The notes under the pieces are model-generated. The model did no database searches and had not been told where the DNA came from. It saw only the letters and a program-made list of their open reading frames with translations. A program made the translations under genes and the position numbers. A stretch of DNA of 64,000 nucleotides from Octopus vulgaris (Eukaryota): positions 159,650,001-159,714,000 of the forward strand of contig OX597816.1 in assembly GCA_951406725.2 (NCBI GenBank). Direction: 5' to 3'. Positions 10,876-22,740 of this stretch are shown here, one piece after another. Every line of letters begins with the position of its first letter. Position 1 is the stretch's first letter.

Positions 10876-11099
10876 TCACAGATATATATACATAAACACA
10901 TATTTTTGTCCTGTGGAAATGAAGTCTCAACTCGAAGGGAAACAAGCATAGGAAGTTGTCGCATTCCTAGCTCTCCTCCAGAGAATTATTAATGTGTGAA
11001 GCAAAAATGGTACAGACCAGTTCCACTTAAAAACCAAAGCTAAATCACATAAGTTGTGATAAGTGAAAAGGGCACTGAGGCAGCAAAACATCTGACATA

Positions 11100-11420
11100 G
11101 ATTTATATATATATATGTATATAATATATATACTCATACACACACACACACACACACACACATCTACGTACATTTTTGTATATAAATGTTACATACATGC
11201 ACATATTTACTTATATGTATGTGTGTGTGTATATATATATATGTGTGCGGTGTGTGTGTATATATACGTATTATGTATGTATGTATGAGTGTGTGTACAT
11301 ATATATGTATATGTATGCATATATTTGTATGTGTGTGTATAATACAAATATATCATGTACAAGCATTTAAATATTATATACATACACACACGTATATACA
11401 TCTACACATATATGTATATA
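11100..11420. repeat. Compound (TA)/(CA)/(TG) microsatellite
   Basis: Seen directly. Confidence 0.9.
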
Positions 11421-11960
11421 ACGTTTGTAGATACAGACAACAAAGCTAAAACAGCACTGAGTACCCAAATAAAGTGTTATTTATGATAATTTATGTGAGC
11501 TGGTAGCTTGCATCTAGTTATTCAAATTTCACATCCCTGATTACCACTGGATGTGAAGATGTGATGACAGAAGATCAAGGCATGTAGTAATATGCTGTGT
11601 GGGAAACCTATAGAACCCATGTAGACATGGGAGACTGGTTAAAACATTGATGATTATGAAGAAGAGGAGTCAGACAATGACAGTGAAGATGATTACAAAG
11701 ATGAAAGTTGCTGACTTGATAAAATACTGGACCATTAGCATTCATGTTTTGTGTTTAAATTTTCTGCAGGACTTTTGTTAGTGCTTCTGAGTCAGGCAGG
11801 AAATTGCATGAGTCCGGAATGACTCGTTCAGTAATAGATAACAGGTCTCCCAATAAATGTTAAGATTTTTTTGTCTTTAAATAGTGTCAGAATTTAGTAG
11901 TAAACTCTGGTTTTATAAACTCCTGTGGTCCATAACAGCATTTATCTCTTTTTTCTGATC

Positions 11961-12155
11961 TACTCTATTTGGTGACGTATAAAATGCATGTATTTCCCCC
12001 AAAACATGTCTCAAAAAAATCACCCTGGGTCCTATATTTGAAGTTATCCTTGTATTACATTCATTAATTCACAAAAAACTTTTTTCCTGAATGTACACTG
12101 TTGATATTGGGGTGCATTTAATGTCTGTGCGTCCTTAATGCCACCGAATATGGTA
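11961..12155. mobile_element. pogo/Tc2-like MITE
   Basis: TA-flanked TIRs tactctatttggtg..gtataaaatgca / tgcgtccttaatgccaccgaatatggta; a related relic at ~6955-7345 hosts the mariner MITE. Confidence 0.55.
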
Positions 12156-12443
12156 TGGTATTTCTTCCTAGTGTTTGATGCAAATTCATTTTGCAAGTTC
12201 TATTTTGAGTAGTGATGATTTCAAATCTGTGCTGCATCCATGGAAAACATTATGCCAAAGAAATCTGATTTTCTGAATATATATTTATTTAGTGACTATG
12301 TTGATGCCACATAAAAAGCACCCAGTATACTCTGTAAAGTGGCTGCTATAGAAAGGGCATCCAGCCACAGAAACCTGTCAAAGTAGGCTTTGGAGCTTGG
12401 TGCAGGACTCTGGTTTGCCAACTCCTGTTAAACCATCCAGTCC

Positions 12444-12757
12444 ATCATCATCATCACCATTTAATGTCTGTTTTTCATGATGATGATGTCAAAATTGATC
12501 TCCCAGAGTAATGGTAGGTGCAGCTAATATATATATATATACATGCAGGTATGCATATATATTTGCAGATGAATTGATATTAGTATATGAGTAAGATTTT
12601 ATCATCATCATCATCATCATCACATGTCTGGTCTCCATCATAATGATGTCAAAATGGATCTCCCAGAATTATAGTAGCTGCAACTAATATTCATATATAC
12701 TTGCAGGCATGTATATGTATTTGTAGATAAATAGATACTTGTGCATTGAAGATTTTA
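12444..12757. repeat. Old ~157-bp tandem duplication
   Basis: (CAT)n...tgatgtcaaaat.gatctcccaga...aagatttt occurs twice head-to-tail. Confidence 0.8.
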
Positions 12758-13489
12758 CTGACAGTTAAATCACTGTTGCAGCTGATTTATTATGACAACT
12801 GTAAAGAGTTAACATGAGTTGAGAAGTATTGAATAGGCTTCATCAAACTTTTCCTCTCAGAAGTATTATAGAATTATAAATATTACTATTGACAGTCTTT
12901 CCTTCTCTGCAGACTTTGTTCAAAGTAGTTTGTGATTCAGTGAGAAATGGTTAAATATTTTATCATTATGCATCTGAATTTTACATTTTTGTGTGAAAAC
13001 GTTTTTATAAATTTTAACCGCCTTAATTATTTACAATTTATTCAAAAACATGATAAATTTCTTTAAAGTGATAAATTTGTGTAAAAATGATAAATGATAT
13101 AAAAATGGAAAAAGTTCTCTTGTATTGAATAATAATGACAAAAGTGTAAGGAGAAAACACAGCCAATGTTAGCATTGTATCTGGAAACAAAATGGAAGAT
13201 CTTTCCCTTCATCTTTTATTTTTAAAATAAATAAAATATCATTTTCCAAACAAAATAAAAAAGAATGAGTAAGATGGATGCATGGGTCAAATATTGGATG
13301 ACATTAATCACAATATAGAACCTGTTCAAAACCCATAGAAAAAGATCAATAGTTGTTGTTTAATCCCCAGCATAATCAACCCATCCTGTAGGTGCGTGTA
13401 GAACTATATTATCCAATGAGTCTCTTCCTTATTTAAGAAGATAAGGTGTTGCTGAAGGAATTACTATTTGCTTTGATCTTTCATCATCA

Positions 13490-13750
13490 TATCTGTTAAC
13501 CTCAGTATCACATGATCTCATCTCACCACTTTTACTTTCCTTTGCTACTATAATGGCTTCTCTTTCTTGGAACTCAAGCACTCTCAACCCATTCACCTTT
13601 CCACCTCTCATCACCCTTGTTTCATCCAATCCTCTAAGTCCCAAACTAACCATTATACCCAATCCTTTCCTCTGGAATCTTCTTACTCACTCAACAATTT
13701 AAACAAATTGTTAATGGCATTTGGTTCCCCTGTCTCACAGGGTCTGTAAA
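13490..13750 (+). mobile_element. Highly decayed CR1/Jockey-group LINE 3' fragment
   Basis: Translation TSHHPCFIQSSKSQTNHYTQSF resembles the LINE C-terminal SHP..V...RT..Y..SF pattern and the 20580-21020 fragment. Confidence 0.35.
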
Positions 13751-16136
13751 GGTCGTAGGCCTTCAGATTCAACAAGTAAAAAGAAAATAAGTCAGGGTTG
13801 AATGCTGACCTTCTTTCTTTAACCAAACTATTAAAAAATGAAAATTTGATTTGGAAGAGGTAGTAAGGTTAGATCTAAGAATATTGGATGACTTTAGAAA
13901 CAGAATCTCTCAAGGTGACAGATGAGCTGAATCATCCAACTACAGCATCATGAACATGAGAATGTTAAAACGATTGTAATATTATTAGTAAAGGTGCTGA
14001 CTGCAAGTTTTGATTACACCAATTAATTATGTTGGCTCTTTTTCTGTCTTTCAGTTGACAACTGTATCTCTTTGAATGGTTTATCTTCATTATTTCCATT
14101 GAGATCTCTTATAGCAAGAAGATATACACTTAAAACACCTTTCCCTGCTACTTAATATATATCATCATTTCATTGTTTTTATCTTGCTTCTCATTCTGAT
14201 ATTGATTCAACACTTTCCCCAACAGTACATACATATTCTTGTTTAATGATAACCAACAAATATAGACTGGAAATCTTTTCTTTGTAGTATTCATTTTTAC
14301 ATTTTTATTGCCTCACTGTTTAGTTTCATTCAAAATTTTCATATCTTCTTGTTTGTTTTTTTTTCTCCTACTTTATTTCTTTAATTCCGGTCTTATTTCT
14401 GTTTCATGCTTTCCTTCATGTAAGGTCTCTCTCTCACACTCATTAATAATAAACACTAGCAAAAAGAACAACTTTCAAATTTTGTGCACCTTTTCTTATT
14501 GTCAAAAGACTAAAGTGAAAATGTATAGTGACATTTGATATTTTTCTTGCATGAAGTATATCCTTTAGTAATGAATGTAACCCAGTTAGAGTGTCTCAAT
14601 AAATATAGTCATGATCTGGGTTCTGCAACCCTATAGTACCTCTAACCCTAATTCTACCCTAAAGTAACCCTTGTTTTGAACAGGTTCTTAGTGGAAAGTT
14701 GAAAAAAAAAAGAACAACAAATTAATTGTTGGAGAAACAGTAAAGGACTATTTAGGGATGAGATTCAAAGCACACATGCATGCGTGCACACACACACACA
14801 CACACACACACACTGCCTCCCTCTTTTTCTAACTCTGAAACTTTTGCAAGAGGTAAGTCTACAGATCCACCACAATTCCCAGTCATTCCTTCTCAGAACA
14901 TTCAATTTCCTTTCAACCCGTATTTTCCCTGCAACCACCAACTTGAAAGTTGTTCAAGTAGAAGAGAGTGAGAATAATACAGTTAATCTCACTTGTCTTA
15001 AAAAGCCTGCAAAGGTCATGGACACAGCCCTCTCTTCTTCAGATCAAACCAAAAAAAAAAAAAATATTGAACTAGTTGTTCTTAACATGTGAGTTCAAAT
15101 CAGCTTTTAAATATCTAAATATTTTGTGGTGCTTCTGGGCATTATTTCAAGAATGTAATTGCTATAAGTGCAATGACTTCAGCTGAGAGTTGAAGTCACA
15201 TTATAATCTCAGTTTACCAAGGTTTTAACTATTGCTCTGTAATATAATATTCATAGTTGTCATTATCATCACCATTATCATTTAACATCTGTTTCATCTG
15301 TTTTTCCATGCTGGCATGGTTTGGACAGCCAGAGGACTGTGTTGAGCTCCAATGATTGTTTTGGCATGGTTTCTATGGCTGGATGCCCTCCCTTAATGTG
15401 GGCCACTTTACAGAGTGTGCTGGGTGCTATTTATGTGGCACTGGCACAACAAATAAGTTTCACCAAAACAAGACCCCTCATCTGAATGTGGAGTAGTATT
15501 GAGGGAGGTGGATTTATGCTAGGATGGTAGCGAAGATGTTTCAGGGTGTACCCTCAAGTTACAGAAAGGTGAATATAAGAGAAGCAGTATGAATGAGTAA
15601 GTAAGTTTCCACAAGTGTTGGAGGTGAGTGACTGTTGGATAGAGGTGGGGATATGATTATAATAAGCTTATTGTATAGAGTGCTCAGGTGCATTACAACT
15701 CACTGGAAAAGGATAAAAGAACAGGATGCAGCAATAAATGAAATAAAAAAGACAGCAACAATAGCCAAAAGTACAAGCAGAGTATACAGAATAAGACAGA
15801 AAAGTGAACAGAAAAAAAGAGCCATAAAGAGGAATGGGTGCATAGATATGTTAGAAGTAGTGTTGCCAAATTTCAAAAGCACAGAATTTTGGAAAGAATA
15901 CATGTAAGTGGTAATTGATAAAAAGTAGGTTATTGAGTTTTTGCAATATCTGAAACAGTAGAGCATTGTATAAAATGTCAAGTAAAACAGTTCTTTATGT
16001 TCTGAGTTCAAATCCTAACAAGGTCAACACTGCTTTAAATTTTTCTGAGGTCAATAAAATAAATACTAAAGTAAATAAGGAATTGGGATCAGTTTAATTG
16101 ATTATACTTTTTCCTCCAAATATATATATATATATT

Positions 16137-16285
16137 TAGTGAGAATTTACAAAAAGAAAACGGGTGTGTAAACAACAAACAGATTGTATTCGTTTAACAC
16201 TCGGGAAGTGAAAATGTCTTTTACGTTTCAAGCTTACGCTCTTTGACAGAAAGGAACACAGAAATAAACTGGGAGAGAAAATAAA
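16137..16285 (-). mobile_element. (TA)n-embedded element with minimal hammerhead-like motif
   Basis: Minus strand 16218-16253 reads CTTT-CTGTCAAA-GAGC-GTAA-GCTT-GAAAC-GTA-AAAG; (TA)n on both sides. Confidence 0.5.
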
Positions 16286-16490
16286 TATATATATATATAT
16301 ATATATATAGATCAAAACAGTTTGATTCAAATTCCTTGGTACTCTTGAGTTTCAAGCACAATGCTAGTCGTCAGCCATTTTGAATTTGAATGTAGCTCTC
16401 AATAAATTGGTTGAGTGCCCTTCTTTCATTTGTCCACTCACTCGTATATATATATATATATATTTATTTATTTATTTTGATATTTATATA

Positions 16491-16780
16491 TTTGGAGTAA
16501 AGATTGTTTGCCAACATAACATAGCAGTCCTGGTTTAGGATGAATGTTGCTGTAATTCCAGCTGGTTATATGACACGATCTGTGTCCTTGTTCAAAAATA
16601 TAAGGACACAGATCGTATTGTATAGCCAGCTGGAGACGATGTCTGCTGGGGCTAAGTGACAGCAACATTCATCCTAAACCAGGACTGCCATGTTATGTTG
16701 GCAAATAATCTTTACTTCAAAGTACTGTTGCTGAATATCTCTCATTGTGAGATTTACAAATATTAATTTTCTAATTTACA
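16491..16780. mobile_element. Fold-back element
   Basis: Inverted arms 16491-16721 around a centre tgtgtccttg-ttcaaaaata-taaggacaca; right-side extension; microsatellites on both flanks. Confidence 0.75.
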
Positions 16781-16978
16781 CACACACACACACACACATA
16801 TGAGCAAAGTAGCTAGTTCTAAAATCTCTAAACGAAATATAAGTAATAACAAATAATACAAGATGATAACTTTTTTTATATCCCTCGAGCCACTTATAAT
16901 TCATATTTGTGTGTGTGTTGGACACAGTTTCTCTCAACCAAATTCACTCACAAATGTATCGGTTAGCCCATGCTGGAG

Positions 16979-17484
16979 GGGAGTGATTCACACCCTTACA
17001 CACAATATATCAGACACAGGCCGTGTGTCATTGACCAGCTGGAAAAGATGTTTTCCAGAGGTTAAAATGTAGTAACATAGTTCTGTATAGAACAGCCATG
17101 TTATAGTAGCAGAAAAAAAAAAAAACATTACTGTCTAGCATTGTCACTACTGATATCTTTGTTTAGAGGTTTTAGAAGTAGATACTTTGCTCCCTATGGG
17201 ATCAGCAACTGTCTGCCACTTCTCTGTTTATATATTATGAGTAGGGACAATTGACCGCCATCTCTGGCAGGCAGGCCTCCAGTTTCGATGAAGGGTAAAG
17301 ACCCGGAAACAATGGTCTGCTGGTCTTGCCAAGCTGTAAGGGAGTGATTCGCTCCCTTACAATATATCATACACATATTGTGTTGTTGACCAGCTGGAAA
17401 ATACATTTTCCTGGGGTTGAAATGTAGTAACATAATTCTTTATAGGACAGCCATGTTGTAGTCGCAAAAAAACATTACCGTCTT
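16979..17484 (+). mobile_element. ~155-bp direct repeats (period ~361 bp) flanking a hammerhead-like motif
   Basis: gggagtgattc...aacattac.gtct at ~16979-17136 and ~17340-17484; motif at 17279-17323. Confidence 0.55.
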
Positions 17485-17509
17485 TATATATATATATATA
17501 TATATATAT

Positions 17510-17633
17510 ACCACCACCAATACCACCCCCACCACCACCAATACCACCCCCACCACCACCAATACCACCCCCACCACCAATACCACCCCCACCACCAATA
17601 CCACCCACCCCCCACCGCCAATACCACCAATAC
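17510..17633. repeat. (CCA)-rich minisatellite, unit ~ccaataccacccccaccacc
   Basis: Seen directly; G-rich on the minus strand. Confidence 0.9.
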
Positions 17634-17849
17634 CGGTGAACACTGTTCTCACCATCTACACCGGATACTCCCTCCTCCTCCCCCACCACCCCTTCCTACC
17701 CCTTCTCCTCATATGCTTTCACTGAGAAAAGACAAGCTGCTAGCGTCTCAGCTCATCAACCGCCCTCTGATCTTACGCTTCCTCCTGTTTTGAATCTGAC
17801 ACTGCCTCAATCCTACTATCTCCTTCCAGTCCCCTCCATGCCTCGTAAT

Positions 17850-18027
17850 ATCCTACGTTTTTATTTCTTACGAACCTGCACCAACCCTTCCTGCCATCGT
17901 TCCTCCTTACCCACCCAACCTTCCCCACACCTACCCATATATATATATACACATCCTACGTTTATATTTCTTACGAACCTTCACCAACCCTTCCTGCCAT
18001 CGTTCCTCCTCCCCCAACCTTCCCCAC
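17850..18027. repeat. ~78-bp direct duplication
   Basis: atcctacgttt..atttcttacgaacct.caccaacccttcctgccatcgttcctcct at ~17850 and ~17953. Confidence 0.85.
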
Positions 18028-18179
18028 TGGTGCTCCCCTATATTACCTGCACCCCTTTACTATCTCTCCCTCTCTTTTCACTGGTGAAACCTTTCTCAGC
18101 TGGACCCCCCCCCCCAACTCAACTCTACCCCGCATCCCGTTGCCCCCGTGTCCCTGGCACGTTAAAAGCTCGAACCGAT

Positions 18180-18405
18180 CGTGACCGATGCCGGACCCCC
18201 GGCCCCTGTGCAGGTGGCACGTAAAAAGCACCCAATCCACTCACGGAGTGGTTGGCGTTAGGAAGGGCATCCAGCCGTAGAAACTCTGCCAGAATCAGAC
18301 TGGAGCCTGGAGCGGCCCCTGGCTTCCCAGACCCCGGTCGAACCGTCCAACCCGTGCTAGCGCGGAAAACGGACGTTAAACGATGATGATGATGATGATG
18401 ATGAT
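18180..18405 (+). mobile_element. RTE 3'-UTR short copy, young (CpG-rich)
   Basis: gtggcacgtaaaaagcaccc...ggacgttaaac(gat)n. Confidence 0.85.
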
Positions 18406-18674
18406 ATACACATACATACATATACATACATACATATATATATTCCTCTTAAATATTAATAATATTTAATTAACTGAATATACAAAGAGGCCACAGTAAT
18501 TATCTTTCTCATTAGTGTTTCATGCTTTCATATTAGTCACCAATTAAGTTGACAATACCAGTAGCTCAAACTTAATTAGGTAGTAATTATTCACTACTCA
18601 TCCTCACAATACCCATTCGTTTTAGTGTTGAACTGAAATATTTTGGCCTTAATTTAATCACCATATAGAGATGA

Positions 18675-19245
18675 GCAATGGCTGTGTGCTAAGAAGCTTC
18701 TTTTGTAACCACTTGATTTTGGTTTCAGTCCTACCTACTATGTGACACTTTAGTTAGGAGTCTTCAACTATATCCCTGGTCTAACCAATACATTGTGAGT
18801 GAATTTGGTTGAGAGAAATTGTGTCCAACACACACACACACACACACACATGAATTATTTGTGGCTCAAGGGATACAAACAATATTGGACACATACACAA
18901 GGCATGAGTTTTGCTAGTTCATGGATGGGTAGGCTACTCTGCCTAAAAGCACAGTCTAGCCCTACCCATGAAATAGCAAATTTATACCATGTGAATGTGT
19001 GTTCAATATTGTTTATATATATATATATATTGTGTCACCCTCCCACCACTTGACAACCAATGTTGGTCTGTTTATGTACCAATAACTTTGAGGTTCTACA
19101 AAAGAGGCTGTTGGAATAAGTACTTGTTAAAACAGTAAGTACTGGAGTAAATTTGTTCTACTAAAAACTCTTCTAGGTGATGCCCCCCCCCCCCATGCAT
19201 GGTTACAGTCGAGTGACTGAAACAAATAACGGATCAAAATATAGG
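18675..19245 (+). mobile_element. SINE family B1, decayed and interrupted
   Basis: Head atggctgtgtgctaagaagc at ~18678; tail gtgactgaaacaaataac at ~19213. Confidence 0.6.
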
Positions 19246-19261
19246 ATACATCATAAGCTGG

Positions 19262-19530
19262 TTTCATCATCATCCTCATTCATCCATTTTCCATGCTGGA
19301 ATGGGTTGGATGGTTTGACTGGGGTCTGGCAAGCCAGGAGACTGCACCAGGCTCCAATCTGATCTGGTAAGGTTTCTACAACTGGATGTCCTTCCTAATG
19401 CCAACCACTCTGAGAGTGTAGTGGGTGCTTTTTACGTGCCACCGGCACAGGAGCTAGTCAGGCAGCATTGGCCACAGCCACATTTGGATAGTGCTTTTTA
19501 TTTGCTACCAGCACAGGAGCCAGTCAGAGT
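19262..19530 (-). mobile_element. RTE 3'-UTR short copy
   Basis: Homologous to 9485-9760. Confidence 0.8.
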
Positions 19531-20217
19531 GGTGGTGGGGTTTACTAAATATATAAATAATTGCACCAAAAATGCTTACAAGTATCTTTTGGGGATTAAG
19601 TGTTGAGATTATGTAGAAACTAACCTTAAAGGTTTATCTGTAAAATTAATCATGACTGTTTTGCACTTGAAAACCAATAATACAAGCTAGGCAACTAGAT
19701 TAGAATGATTAGTTTATTAAGTATGAAATGTAGACATAGAAATCGATTCCAAGATATTCCTCTTGTTTTTCCTTACAAGAGATTACAAGTTCTTCATTGC
19801 TGAAATTGGAGCAATGACCTCAACTATTTCTTCTTTTCAAAATATAGAAATATAAAATAAAAACAAAGCATTGAAGATAGGATGAGGAAAATATCTAAAC
19901 TGTGCTGATCCACATGATTACCTCGGGTAAAATATAATTAGCATGGATTAACTTAACCCTTATAAGATAGCTAGGCTTGCTATATTTGTTAGTGAAGAAA
20001 AAAAAAGTAAAAACGGAAACGATCACTTGTTACCTTGTTCAGTCTTTGGACTGTGGCCGTGCTGGGGTACCACCTTGAAGGGTATAGTCGAACAAATTGA
20101 CCCCAGTGCTTATTTTTAAAGTCTGGTACTTATTCTATTGGTCTCTTTTGTCAAACTGCTAAGTTACGGAGACATAAGCAAACCAACATTGGTTGTCAGG
20201 TGGTGGACAAACACAAA

Positions 20218-20275
<58 letters not shown>

Positions 20276-20276
<1 letters not shown>

Positions 20277-20418
20277 TGATAGAAATGACAAGTCAACAAA
20301 AGAATGAAAGAGACCTCGATATTATGTAAATAGAAGAATTTATCTGTAAATATAATATATGACAATTATTCAGATGCTATGGCTTCCGAATAATTATCAC
20401 ATATTGTATTTACAGACA
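20276..20418. mobile_element. Internally deleted copy of the 42-344 fold-back element
   Basis: ttgatagaaatg...aaagagacctcgatatt...ccgaataattatcacatatt; the hairpin tip is missing; (TA)n on both sides. Confidence 0.8.
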
Positions 20419-20440
20419 TATATATATATATATATCTGTA

Positions 20441-20579
20441 CCAAACCTTAGTCACAATTTATGTTCCTAACCCTAGCTTAATGATAACTAAGTTATTTTA
20501 CTAAATTCTTCGTTATATTTAAAATTAATTGAAAGAAACACAGAACATCTCAACAGAAATATGGTAACAAAAGGGTTAA
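20441..20579. mobile_element. TTAA-flanked MITE family 2, partial
   Basis: Reverse complement of part of 57653-57790; ends aaagggttaa. Confidence 0.7.
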
Positions 20580-21020
20580 AAAGCTGCAAGTCAGTGATTG
20601 ATGGAAAAACATGTGCAGGTAAAGAATTTCAGGGGTATGATGTTCTGGATAAGAATGACTAAGGTTTAGTTGTTTGTTAATGGTTTGGTACAATATGAGT
20701 GATAAAAGGGTCAAGAGTATCTGAGTGGAGGTAGTACAAGACCAGCCTCTGAGGAGTGAAGGTAATTATAGTAGCCATAGAAAAGGTAGAGTGAAAGGAG
20801 ATGGCATGTCTGTAGGATGGGAGCCAGAGTGTTTTTGTGAACGACTTCATGTCTGTTGATTGAGTAGCTTTCTTTAGATTCAGTGTAAAGATGTCTGTGT
20901 TTATGTAGTAGCAAAAGTGTTCTAGGTGTGGGAGAATTACCCTGATGTGGGTTTTACCTGAGCTTTGTTGAAGGTTTAGCTGGTAGCTAAAATATTTTCT
21001 GGCTTTGAAGAAAATTATCA
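20580..21020 (-). mobile_element. CR1/Jockey-group LINE ORF2 C-terminal fragment
   Basis: Frameshifted FKARKYFS...PHLE...LSLYLFYGYYN..SSE resembles the post-RT L.RAR.YF..RP.LEY / HRR.V..L.LFYRYY region. Confidence 0.6.
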
Positions 21021-22148
21021 CTTTGTTTCAGCTTTTACTATGTTGTTCAACTCTCATGTCAACCCTTTGAGGATCTCAACAATAGGAGAGGGCCTAATTT
21101 TTGAAACGGTTTTGAGTGCTCCTGTTTGTGTATTGGGTAGTCACTATAAGGCAGTGGGTGGTTGACTCAGTGCATACTGAGACAGTGGCAATGTGGACAA
21201 GATTGAGTGATTTGGGGGGTAAATAAGAGATCAAGGGTGTTCAGAGCATGTGGACGAAACAATTGAGTATTACAAAATATTCAACTTCTGTAATTTATGA
21301 TGAGTGCTAGTTCTTTATTCACACTGCCAAGTTACATCTATAAACCTAAAGGCATCACATTTGTTGATTACATGTATGAACTATAAGGATTTTTGTGGGT
21401 TAATAAGAGAGCCTTTATGCTGTTGTTTGACCTAACAGATATAACAGTCATATCTCTCTTAGATTACACTCTACCATTTTAAGAGAAGAATGACAACAGA
21501 TACAATAATTACAGCTGGAACACTTTTGATTATAGGTTGCTCAGTCAAGGCTGACCAGCAATTAAACACCAACTAGAGTTTTTATATTAATTTTTAGTCC
21601 TATAAATTGAATATGGGTGAATAGTTGAAGGTTAATTGTTATAAGGTGTTACAAAACACACAGATTGCTGCAGACCATCTCTTTAAAATATCTATTACAT
21701 TTCAAATGTCACTATGGACTCTTGTTTCATTGTTAGGATTGCATTTTAAACTAACTTGCCTTCCTCTTTGGTGCCAAGAGATATTTTGTATCTGAGCATC
21801 TTTTTTTTTTTTTTTTTCAAGCTCTGTTATTTCAAAGAAAACTAAGATTTGGATTTGCTTGTTATATATTCCTGGCAATAACATCTGTTTATTCCTCTCC
21901 AGGCAGACATTTAAGTGTTGTCTGGCTTTGTAAATGTTTGTTTTTAAATTTTTAATGCCAGCAAAGGACGAAGATATTTTAAATGAGGGCTGCCAGCAGT
22001 CACATTTCTTCAATTGTTGATTATATGGATATAAAGGCTATTTATCCAGTTATTTAGCAAATCCACTCTTCCTAACGACTTAAGTTTATTATCTCATTGG
22101 TAGACTATGTGTTCCGCATCTTCTGTTATTACGATATGCAACAAGGTG

Positions 22149-22603
22149 GCAAAGCTGACAAAATCATTAGAATGTTGGACAAAATAATTAACGGATTTCT
22201 TCTGGTATTTTACATTCTCAGCTCAGATTCCACTAAGGTCAACTTTGCCTTTCATCTTTTTGGGGCAGATAAAATAAAGTGCCAGTCAGGTCCTGAGATT
22301 GATGTAATTGACTTACTTAGTGCTGGTGTTGCACTAAAATTAGAAAGAATTAATACAGTATGTGATACATGTTTCTCTTCCCTATAGAATATCTTATTGG
22401 TTGACTGTGTATTACATCATCTTTTATTACAATATGTAATACTTGCATCTTCCCACTATAGAATTCATATATATGCAAAGCTGACAAAATCATTAGAATG
22501 TTGGACAAAATAATTAACGGATTTCTTCTGGTATTTTATATTCTCAGCTCAGATTCCACTAAGGTCAACTTTGCCTTTCATCTTTTTGGGGCAGATGAAA
22601 TAA
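22149..22603 (+). repeat. Near-identical ~127-bp direct duplication of a decayed SINE C segment
   Basis: gcaaagctgacaaaatcattagaatg...ttttggggcagat.aaataaa at ~22149-22277 and ~22475-22604. Confidence 0.85.
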
Positions 22604-22694
22604 AACCCATCCAACCAATGCAAGCATAGGCAAATGGACATTAATATAATGATGATGGTGATGATGATAGACTTAAAATTGGAGCATACAATTT

Positions 22695-22740
<46 letters not shown>

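Noticed and set aside
11645-11715. Acidic stretch DDYEEEESDNDSEDDYKDES as an exon
   Set aside because: It directly follows a decayed repeat 3' end (gttaaaacattgatgat) and is best read as a mutated (GAT)n tail; no splice sites.
17357-17689. Glycine-rich ORF (GGGIGGG) as a structural protein
   Set aside because: It arises from a (CCA)-rich minisatellite and runs into (TA)n.
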